Assembly (NCBI GenBank): GCA_964016885.1 | Contig: OZ024740.1 | Span: forward strand, 217,620,001 to 217,684,000 | Length of the DNA stretch: 64,000 bases | Direction of reading: 5' to 3' | Source of the DNA: Eledone cirrhosa | Lineage: Eukaryota | Shown here: piece by piece, positions 52,396 to 64,000 of the stretch | Numbering within the stretch: the stretch's first letter is position 1 | Layout: every line of letters starts with the position of its first letter | Translations under genes and position numbers: made by a program | The notes under the pieces: model-generated | Told to the model about the DNA's origin: nothing | What the model saw: the letters and a program-made list of their open reading frames with translations, nothing else | Databases searched by the model: none

Positions 52396-55300
52396 TATAT
52401 ATATAAATGCAAGTTTACGATTCTGTGTGTCCGCCTAAAACTAGCAAACTACTGGACCAAACTCCTCAAAATTACATGTACATATTCACTATACACTCGG
52501 ACAGGTAACGGTCGAAGAAGTGTTACTTTGCAAAGCAAGGAATTCATTTAAATTCAATTTATCTTATTTTCTAATGAATATCAAAAGAGATAATCCATTT
52601 TGTTTTTTTAAGTTCCCCAGTCTGTAGATAAGAGAGTGAGGGATGGGAGAGAGAGTAAGGGATGAAAGAGAAAGAGAGATAGTGGCAGATGGGAGAGAAA
52701 GTAAGGGGATAAGAGAGAAAGAGAGAGTGTGAGTGGATGGGAGAGAGAGAGTAAGGGGATGTGAGAGAGAAAGAAAGAGAGTAAGGGATAAGAGAGAGAG
52801 TGGGAGATGGGAGAGAAAGAATAAGGGGATGTGAGAGAGAAAGAAAGAGAGTAAGGGGATGAGAGAGAAAGACGATGAAAGAGAGAGAGGGAAAGTAACC
52901 AGCGTTGTTAACTTTTATTTATTTATTATTTTTACACACTTTTTAACTCTCCCGCTTCCTTAACGTTATTTATTTTTTCTTTATTTTTTGTTCTCTATTC
53001 CGTAGAGAGGGGGGGGGGTGAGAGAGAAAGAGAGAGAGAGAGAGAGTAATGGGATGGGAGAGAGAGAGAGAGGGAAATTAGCAAGCGTTCATTAACTTTT
53101 ATTTATTTATTATTTTTACACATTTCTTAACTCTCCCAATGTTATTTATCTTTTATTTATTTTTTGTTTGCTATTGTGTAGAGCAGGGGTCACCAAACGT
53201 TTTTCACACTGGGCCGGAGAACTGAAAGAATGACGAGCGCGGGCCGGATAATCATTCTGTTCAATACTTGCAAGCCAGAACGAAAGCTTTGGGAAAAAAG
53301 ACGAAACACTACGTTTAGCATTCCATGTTAATCATGGGCGAGTGGCGTGCAATGCGCAAAAAACAAAGACAACCAACATAATTATTTACTAAAAAGTTAT
53401 CAAAGAAGGCGACGTAGCAAAAATATAATAATTTGATGATTCTGTAGAGATCACAGACGAGGTTATCCTTTCCCTGAAGTTTCAAGTTCAGTTCATTCAT
53501 GTGGGATGTGATGTCGACCAAAAATGACAACTTTGACAGCCAGATAGGATCTGACAGCTGTGGATCAGCTCTATCTTTTTCAGTGAGGAAAACATCTATT
53601 TCGTTTCGGAGCTTGTAAAAACAAAACAGGGCTTTACCGCAGCTGAGCCACCTCACTGCTGTGTGATAAGGCAAGTCACAGAAATCAGAATCAATTTCTT
53701 CAAGAAAAGCCTGGAACTGACGGTGATTGAGTGCATGTCCCCGAATGAAGTTCACAGCAGAAACGACTGGTTTCAGTACACAAGAAATATCCAAGTCTTT
53801 CCCACAGAGTGCTTGCTGATGTATGATGCAGTGTATGAACAGAGCGCCCGGAATTTGCAAATCTTCCAACTGAGTCCTGATCTGCCCGACCAGACTCTTC
53901 CTCACTCCATCCATGTTCTTTCCTCCATCAACTGTAACACCTCGAAGCTGATTCCACTGAAGGTTATAGTCTTGCAAAGTTTTCTGTACTTCCATGAAAA
54001 TGTCTTTTCCAGTTATTGTTCCATGCATGCAGCATACGGATGTTCAACTCTTCCGTTATCTGAAAGTCCAAATTGACACCACGAATGAACATGAGAAGTC
54101 GTGACGTACTCGAGAGATCAGTAGACTCACCCAGCGTCAGAGAATACCACAACAAGTTCCTAGCTTTCTCGCGTATCTATAGCACTATGTTCTCTCCAAG
54201 TTATTCTGTTCGCCGCACAACTGAACTTGCCGAAAGGCTGATACTTCCAAACAAATCGGCTTTCTCAGGACACAAGTCATTTGCTGCTTCCATCATACAC
54301 TCTTTGATGAAGTTGCCATCAGTAAACGGTTTTCCTCGCTCTGCCAACTTATGCACTATTTTATAACTTGTACGAGTGACAGATTCATTTTCAGCAAACT
54401 TTCTCGTGAAGAGATTTCTTTGAGTTTCTAAACCACGTTTCATGGACTCATATTTCTCAGAGCGTAACCTTCCAGAAAACTTTGTATATGTTGATAGATG
54501 TTTTGCTTCATAGTGACGCCGAAGATTCTACTCTTTCAAAACGGCAACACTTTCGCTGCATACCACGCAACTAGCTTTCTGGTCCTTTGTTTCCACAAAG
54601 AAGTACTTTACTCCCCATTCTTCATTGAAAACGCGACACTCGGCGTCCACTTTTCTTTTCTTAGTAGCCATAATAAAGGGTGAAGAAAACGGGATCTGAA
54701 AATGAAAAAGACATTGAATTAGAAACATCTCGTGTTCCATCCGTTTTATCACGCAAATGCAAGTACCGTCGGCAACCTGATGAACTGACGTCGCAGGCCT
54801 GATCCGGCCCGCGGGCCATAGTTTAGTGACCCCTGGTGTAGAGGATGAGAGAGAGAAAGAAAGAGAGGAGATGAGAAAGAGAAAGGGCGTGAAGCGGATG
54901 GGGAGAGAAAGACAATAAGAAAAGAGAAAAGATGGGAGAGCCAAAAAAGTAAAGAGGCAGGAGAAAGGGAGGGTGATTGGAGGGATTATTTATCTAACGT
55001 GTCTGCGTTTATATATATATTTACACACACTTATGTGATATGGGGGGGGGGCGTTCTTTAGCAGACGATATATGTTACCATCAAAGCTTATTTTCTACGT
55101 ACGTCTAAAGAAATCAGATGCTTTTATAGACTTATATATGTATGTATTTAACAGACGAAAAAAAAAAACGGTATTTTTAAAAGATATTATTTGAATATAT
55201 TATTTTCCGCTGTTATTTGAATTAACACATAAAATATTTTTTTTGTAGTGTTTGTCGTTTTTTTTTGGATACAATCTGAAATCCCAATATTTTCTACATA

Positions 55301-58300
55301 TGTCTAAAATAAATTACACCTAATATACATTCATATAAAGAGATCATTTAAAAAAACTTTACTGAGTTGTTTCTATTTCGGAAAGAGTGTGGTGTGTAAT
55401 AATATCACTTCAAATGCCTAGAAAACGTTCCAGATCATTATATGGAAGGTCATCTTCAGAGGCTAAGAGAAAGAAAACACAGCGATCTGAAGAAAGTGAA
55501 GAAGTTCGGCATGCCCGTCTAGCTGCTAACAGAGCCCAAACAGCGTTAGCACGAGCAGACCATTTGGATGATAGGGAACAAAGGACTGCTGTTACACGAG
55601 AACAACAAATTAAGGAACAGCAGCAAATCAGACGAAATGCTAATCAAGAACATCGTTTCTACTGCCTGAGCAGGAGAACAAGCCACAAGTAAAATGAACT
55701 GGCTGATGGGTGCTTTTTCTTATGACCCTCAAAAGGACTACAGCAGTAATCCACAAATCAACATTGGCAAAATGAACAAATGCTGCCAGTATTGTGTTGC
55801 CAAGAAGTGGGTATCAGAAACACCAAGTCTATGGTGCTCAAAAGGCAAAGTGAGCCTTAAAACAATACAAGAACCTCCTGAATTTCTGAAGAATCTGCTC
55901 CTTCAGGATACACCAGAAGCACGACACTTCAATAAATACATCATAAAATATAATTCTGCCTTTCAAATGACATCTTTTGGGGCTGACAGGAATGTTATTG
56001 ACTTTAGATTCTGTACAGTATTACCACTTAATGGGTGGCGTTCTGCCTCTTTTACAGGAGTCTCACAAATTTGTGCAGATTTACTTCATGGGTGGAAATG
56101 AAACAAAGGCACAACAAAGATGTACCAATACCCATGGTGGATTGCAGTTCTACATAGTCATAAAGTTACAAGAAATGCTTCACTAACATCATAAGTACGT
56201 CAGTGTATTTAAATATGCACTGGAACATATGAACAACATCAGAGATCTTAAAATCATCATTAGGGCAGATAAACACCCAGACTCAGAACATGAACGCAGA
56301 TTCAATGCACCTGTCACTGATGAAGTTGCAATCATAATGGTTGATGAAGAGTATGGACGACGTCACATTGTTTTACACAAACAAAGTGGACATTTGGAGC
56401 GAATTTGTGAAACTCATAGAGCCTATGATTCACTCCAATATCCGCTCATCTTTTGGAATGGTCAAGATGGATATCATTTTCGGCTACGGCAGATCAGCCC
56501 AGGAACGGGACAAGAAGCTGGCCGATCAATCAACTGCAAAGAATTCTATGCTTATCATTTCATGGTACGTGATCACTTCAACCAAGTTCTGCGATTCAAA
56601 GAAGTAACCAGCCAGTTCATGGTGGATATGTATGCCAAAATTGAAACAGAAAGATTGGGTTTTCTGGGAAGGATTCAACTAAGTTGAGGGCAGATAACTA
56701 CATCCACCTTAGAGATGCCATCAATTCTGATGTTGACCCAAGAAATATTGGCCAGCCAGTCATACTACCAACAAGCTTCACGGGAGGACCACGTTACATG
56801 CATGAACGGACGCAAGATGCAATGGCCTATGTCAGAAAATTTGGTCGGCCAGATCTCTTCATTACATTTACATGCAATTCAAACTGGTCAGAAATATCAA
56901 ATGAATTTTTTGAAAATCAAAAACCAAAGGATCGACATAACCTTATTGCTCGGGTTTTCCATGAAAAGCAAAAACGATTCATCCTTCTCCTAAAAGAAGG
57001 AAGAATCTTTGGTGAGCTTAGTGCTTGGATGACCACGTTTGAGTGGCAATAGAGAGGTCTTCCTCACTCTCACACACTAATCTGGTGCAAGGAGAAGATA
57101 AGACCAGATGATGTTGATAAGATCATTTCAGCAGAGTTGCCTGATAAAGGTGGTGATCCAGAGCTCTTTGAAACCATCAAGTCCAAACTCATTCATGGTC
57201 CATGTGGAGTCATCTATCCAGCCTCTCCCTGCATGAAAGATAAAAAATGCAGCAGACATTATCCTAGAGCTTTTATTCGGGAAACTCGTCGTACACAACA
57301 AAGTGTTGTGTAAACTTTTAAAAGCTCATATCATATGTTGAGTATTGCAGCTCCGTCAAAGCAATCCTATATGTCACAAAATTATCAACAAGGGCAGTGA
57401 TATGGCTACCTTTATTACTGACAAAGAACTCAATGATGGTTGGCTGAATGAGGTCAAACGGTATGAAACATGTCGATACATCTCCAGCAATGAAGCTATC
57501 TGGCGAATCTTTGGATTTGATATCCACAAACGCCACCCAACAGTGGACACCCTCGCAGTCCACCTGGAAAATGGACAGAGAGTGTACTTCACTAAGATCA
57601 CTGCTCATCAGTTGACACAAGCATCACATGACACTACACTAACTGCTTTCTTTAAACTCTGCCAGAATGATGTATTTGTTCGATCCCTCCTATATCCTGA
57701 AGTCCCAACATACTACACCGGGACCAATTGCAAGACCTGGAATCGAAGAAAGCAGGGTCATGAAGTCAAGTCAAGTGATGCTATTGGGCCTGTTTACAAT
57801 GTCCATTCCAACAACAGAGAATGTTTTTATTTACGGCTACTTCTGCATACTGTTCGAGGACCAACGTCATTTGAGGATCTTAGATGCTTCAGAGGAAAGG
57901 AGTGTGCAACATACCAAGAAGCATGTACACAGCATGGACTCCTGCATGACAATGGAAACTGGAAGAAGTGCCTAGAAGAAGCAGCAATCACTCAAGTACC
58001 CAGCCAAATAAGACAATTATTTGCTATTATGCTCACCGCATGTGGAATTGATGAAGCTCATCTACTCTGGCAGGAGTACAAAAACAATATGTCGGACGAC
58101 TATCTACACCTAGCCCGAAGACATCATGGCAATATGTATATGGAATATACCCCCAGGATTTACAATCAAGCTCTCTGTGACGTGTCCCATCGAGTTCAGG
58201 CAATGAATATCACATTAGCTAACTGCAGGATGCCAGAGCCAGATGAAGAAATGGAGGTAGCACAAGACATTTTTCTGGAGACAAACTACGATATTCAAGC

Positions 58301-60336
58301 ATTGCGTAAGTTTGTGGATTGATGGGTGATCACAAATACGCCTACCACAACATCATCGAAAACATTCAAAATGACAGGGGAGGACATTTCTTCATCGATG
58401 CTCCTGCTGGCACAGGTAAGACATTCCTCATAAACCTCCTGCTTGCAAAGGTTCGCTAAAAGCAACATATTGCCCTTGCTGCGGCTTCAAGTGGCATTGC
58501 AGCAACACTTCTGTATGGAGGAAGAACTATCTCTGGCCCCGCTTTCAGCTGCTGAGCCTTACAACCAACATGCGAGTGCACTTAACTGGTGACAAAGGTG
58601 TCAGTGAGTTTGCCATCCAACTACTTAAATTAGGAAATGGACTGCTTGAAAAGGACTCCAATGACCATATTCAGTTGTCATTAGGCCATATCATTGACAC
58701 AGAACAAGAACTGATTGCCAGAGTGTTTCCAAATATTCAGACCGAGCAATGTGATCCGAAATCGCTCTGTGAACGAGCAATCTTGGCACCTAAAAATGTT
58801 ACTCTGAAAGAAATCAACAGAAGGCTGCTGGAGATGTTACTGGGAGAGAAAATATGTTACAAATCAGTTGACACAATCACTTCTCAAGACCATGTTGTAA
58901 ACTATCCAACTGAATTTTTGAACAGTCTTGAACAAGCGGGAATTCCTCCACACAACCTGATACTGAGGCTTGGAGCATCGGTTATGCTACTTCGCAATCT
59001 GGATCCTCCAAAACTTTGTAATGGCACAAGACTCATCATCAAAAATATGATGTCCAATGTTCTAGAAGTTGCAATCATGTCAGGAAAATTTGCTGGTGAA
59101 AATTGTTTTATTCCAAGAATACCTCTGAAGCCAACTGATTTGCCATTTGAATTTCAAAGACTTCAATTTCCGATCAGGCTCAGTTTTGCCATGACCATTA
59201 ATAAATCTCAAGGGCAATCATTGAAAGTCGTTGGGTTGAATCTGGCAGATCCTGTCTTTTCACATGGTCAACTCTATGTTGGCACAACAAGGGTTGGGAA
59301 CCTTGATTGTCTCTTTATTGTGGCACCACAGGGCAAAACCAAGAATGTTGTTTATCCAGAGGCTTTGGAATGAGCAATGTCGTAATTCCTCATTCAATGA
59401 CAATACACACACATCCTAATTTCTTAGTCATGTAGTTTGCAAGGAATTCTGAAGCCGCAAATTTACTGCATGGTGTTACTTTGAAAGAATGTGCAGGCAG
59501 TCCCGGGTACCTCTGCTATATAAAGTAGTATAAGTAAAGACTTTGTTGGGTAGAAATAGCAGCCAAATTTCCTTCAAATTCCACCTTACTTTCTCAGCTA
59601 TGTATATATGTATGAAGTAAAAAGGAATGGTCCTATGTGATAACTGGATCTACTAGAAATATTAGCAAAATCCATTTCAAATCACAAACAACTGTCTTAC
59701 ACTCATCCATGTGTGTGTATGTATCTATGTATGTCGTGTGAGCCACTATACCTGTTGGTATAGCTAATAGAAATAGAAAACAAATCTCCCTCAAACAAGA
59801 TCCTACTGCCATAGAGACTAAGATTGGTGAAAGCTACAGTGTACAAATTTAAATACACTTTCCCCGAATTACAGAAATGTGTAAGTAAATGCTTCATTCA
59901 ATCATAAACCAATGCTAAATTTATTTTCTTATTTTATTTATGGTTTTTAAAATAGTCTTTACATGTTGTTTGAATTTCAGAGGTTCAGATTGAGCAAAAA
60001 AATAAAAAAAGAAAGAAAGAAAAGGACAAAGAAAAAAAATCTAGATATATTTTTTTGGTCATGCTCTGACAACATACCTAATGATTCATCTATGAGTAAA
60101 GCATTATATATGCTGACTGTAATAGGGAGCAGTATTTAAAAAAATCACCACTGGAAAAAACTAATATTTTTATCGAGATGATTTACTTTGACCAAACGAC
60201 AATAAATATTCTGCTATAATTCCTACTTTGGCTAAAATTCAGCAATCATATTTGAATGGTCAAATATTTTGTAATGTGTGCCAAATATACTGTAATTTTC
60301 ATAAAATACCCAGGTATCACCGGGTAGTTCAGCGAG
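52396..60336 (+). mobile_element. Helitron B, unit 2
   Basis: Rep region SFTGGPRYM...PDLFITFTCN, stop in EWQ*RGLPH, helicase fragments, 3' CGAG. Confidence 0.88.
53184..54835 (-). mobile_element. Buster-type hAT element, unit 2
   Basis: Same TIRs; TSD GTGTAGAG at 53176-53183 and 54836-54843. Confidence 0.93.
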
Positions 60337-60634
60337 TATATATATATATATATATATATCATAAAACATGTCTATAGAATCACCAGATAAAATATATACC
60401 GTTTCCTCTCCCAATTAGCATAATTAACCATATAAAAAATCGATTAGACCAAGCTATAAGAATAAAGGCTTCTATGAAGAAATCTTCGACAAATAACCGA
60501 AAGCAGCCCTTCGCGGCAGTTGCGACGGAGTATTTATCGAGTTTTTCGACAGTGTGTGTAAATCGACCAGATAAACAATCAACCAAACATAATTAGGTGT
60601 AAAATAAACTAGGAGAAAAGTGAACATATTTAGT

Positions 60635-60714
60635 TACCTCTACCATGGTTTCGTCCGCATTTTAAGATATCCGATAACATCGGACATCTCGAGCACCGGA
60701 CTCTTCAGGAGTTA
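60635..60714 (-). ncRNA. Type I hammerhead with extended stem II, unit 2
   Basis: Identical to 30167-30246. Confidence 0.8.
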
Positions 60715-60913
60715 GCTCAAATTTAGACAATTAATTTTCCAAAGTGATCGCGCCAAGAATATATTCAAAAATGGCTAAGAATCGTGACGTAGCAGCGGTC
60801 AGGTTAGAAAGAATGTGATTAGTTGCTTACGGGTGGTAGCTTTTTGCTAGAAAGCGCAGCCCAATACAGCCAATATTGTATCTCAACCTAACGGGAGTTT
60901 ATTATATATAAAG

Positions 60914-60970
<57 letters not shown>

Positions 60971-60971
60971 C

Positions 60972-61016
<45 letters not shown>

Positions 61017-61305
61017 GCAACGGGTCAATTTGTGGCTCAATGAAGAATTAATAAATTAAATAATCAGAGCTATATATCATAAAACATGTCTATAGAATCA
61101 CCAGATAAAATATATACCGTTTTCTCTCCCAATTACCAAAATAAACCATATAAAAAATCGATTAGACCAAGCTATAAGAATAAAGGGTTCTATGAAGAAA
61201 TCTCCGACAAATAATCGAAAGCAGCCTATATATGTATATATATGTATTTATATATTAAAAAATAAGTTGACAGTTACAATCTTTACTTAATTCTTAATTG
61301 TGTTG

Positions 61306-61835
<530 letters not shown>

Positions 61836-62169
61836 GTATGCATCTAGGTACATAAACATATACATAAATAAATACACACAAACGCGCGCGTATATACACA
61901 TATACATATATAGAAAGATATTTGTCCTCTGTTATATGTAGCTATTAAGTGTTTGAGGTCCACCGTTTGACTGCAGAAGTTGAAATTTAAATTCAGATAT
62001 TTTGGGCGAGATTTCAATGTGTCATGGAAAAATATTTTAGGGAAAATCTACAAGAATTGTATTGAAACCTGATTGAAGAAATTACCATTAATTCATTAAC
62101 ATTTTCACTAACAAAGTATACATTGTCTAATCTTATGTTATAAATTGTTTACAAATCATTGTTTGTAAA

Positions 62170-62510
62170 CACATTGATTGACATGTGCAGGAAATTACTT
62201 TCAAATATAAATAACTTGGGAATTTGTTTCCCAAGCTATTGTAAAGGTGGCACCCACATTGATTGACATGTGCAGGAAATTACTTTCAAATATAAATAAC
62301 TTGGGAATTTGTTTCCCAAGCTATGGTAAAGGTGGCACCCACATCTTCAAGGATATTTCGGGGTAAATGCTGGTTTCTTCACCCACATTGATTGACATGT
62401 GCAGGAAATTACTTTCAAATATAAATAACTTGGGAATTTGTTTCCCAAGCTATGGTAAAGGTGGCACCCACATCTTCAAGGATATTTCGGGGTAAATGCT
62501 GGTTTCTTCA
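62170..62510 (+). promoter_or_regulatory. Triplicated ~85-130-bp upstream promoter module, unit 3
   Basis: CACATTGATTGACATGTGCAGGAAAT...CTTGGGAATTTGTTTCCCAAG starts at ~62170, ~62255 and ~62384; single copy in units 1 and 2. Confidence 0.8.
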
Positions 62511-62704
62511 ATGTAAAAATAAATTCAAAAGAAGTGAAAGTGAATAAATTAATGTTGTTTAATTAATTAATTCAGTTGATCACGTTGAACAGGGATTATA
62601 TAAAGCGTTCGTCTTAGACATTTGTTAAACCTGTCCTTGTTTCGATAAAATAAAGATAACGACCATCACAATTCTACAACAGGAAGATAAACCAACTGAC
62701 CACC

Positions 62705-62765
62705 ATGTTGTACGAAATTCTAGTAGTATTTGCAGCATTCTCATTCGTAAACTGCTACACCAACT
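62705..62765 (+). CDS. Exon 1 (signal peptide MLYEILVVFAAFSFVNCYTN), copy 3
   Basis: Kozak ATG, GTAAGT donor, TATA box at 62597. Confidence 0.85.
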
Positions 62766-63324
62766 GTAAGTAAATCATATTACTATATTTTGTATATTTC
62801 TTGGTTTCTTACTTCATATTATTATGATCTCTGAGTTACACACTCTATCGAGCAACGTTACTCCAGCCGACTGATTTTACACCTGCCAGTCGTGATACCA
62901 TTTACAACCCGGCTACGCATGTCAATCTTGTTCATAAAAGTAATGAACAGGAGAGGAGGCAGTATGCACCCTCGGCGGAATCCGTCTTTCTCATTTAATG
63001 GTATCGATTTGCACCATTTGTCCGAACATAAATTCCCCTCTATATTCGTATAGAGACATCAGAGAAGCAAGAAGCTGACAATCGATCCCATACTCCTGTA
63101 GAACCTTCTACAGCAGGTTTCGACTAAAATGCTGCTTTTCAAAATATATTTTGAAATAATTCTAGTCTACATTAATATAATCTGGACGACAACAGAAACA
63201 AGTGAACAAAATCTCTTCTGTTGGAGACTGTTTTATGGAATCAGAAGAAGATGGTAAAAAAATAATCATATTCTATTCTAAAGAAGGGAGTCTTTAACAC
63301 TGTCTCTGCTCTTAATCAAGTGTA

Positions 63325-63451
<127 letters not shown>

Positions 63452-64000
63452 AGGTGATACGTGCACGTACACTGTTTTCTGATAGATATGTTAATACAAA
63501 GATATTGTAATAGATTCAGGTGTCCATATGTCTGTCACATTTGTTGTAATTTACTAATGTAAGAAAATATTTTGAACTAGAAAAGGTGTTGCACTCAATA
63601 TATAATAAGTTTTATTTAATATGAGTTTAAAACTCATTATCTTGTGAAACGACATAATATTTTTGAGGGCCCTGATTAGGACAAGAAAAAAACATTAGAT
63701 ATTTTAAAGAAAAGAGTTAAACATTTACATCGTTAAGTAGTATATCTAATTGTTATAGATACAATAAAATAATACAACATTTTATGAACAAACAGAAATA
63801 ATTATGATTGAAATCTAATTATCTTGCGAAACCCCAAAATGTTTTGAGGGACCTCACTGTGGAAAATACAGCATTAAATATTTGAAATTGTTTACATTAA
63901 TGCCAAGAAGTGTTTAACTATGATATCGTTAATTATTTTTATATCTAATTGTTATAGATTCTATACAAATAGAAAAATCAATGACTTATATTAAAGCTAT

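Overview
AT-rich, microsatellite-rich animal genomic DNA; the SINE family and overall repeat landscape suggest a cephalopod such as Octopus (inference from recall, not a search). The window is a tandem array of ~30-31 kb units: unit 1 ~975-31035, unit 2 ~31036-61913, unit 3 from ~61914 past the window end. Each unit begins with a 3-exon gene (TATA box, Kozak ATG, signal-peptide exon, one large repeat exon, 15-nt terminal coding exon). The gene encodes a secreted protein of tandem 6-Cys pacifastin-like / half-VWC modules: 15 modules (591 aa) in unit 1 and 18 modules (702 aa) in unit 2. The rest of each unit is a transposon nest: Tx1/L1-like ORF1 and ORF2 remnants, RTE fragments, tRNA-like SINEs with TSDs, a Penelope-like element (RT + GIY-YIG), and two head-to-tail Helitrons, one containing a Buster-type hAT element with an 8-bp TSD. 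The signal the ORF track cannot show is a dense set of type-I hammerhead ribozyme motifs from several sequence families. Most sit in short non-coding elements bounded by (TA)n, and one lies inside a near-perfect 493-bp palindrome. All RNA structures were folded by eye.
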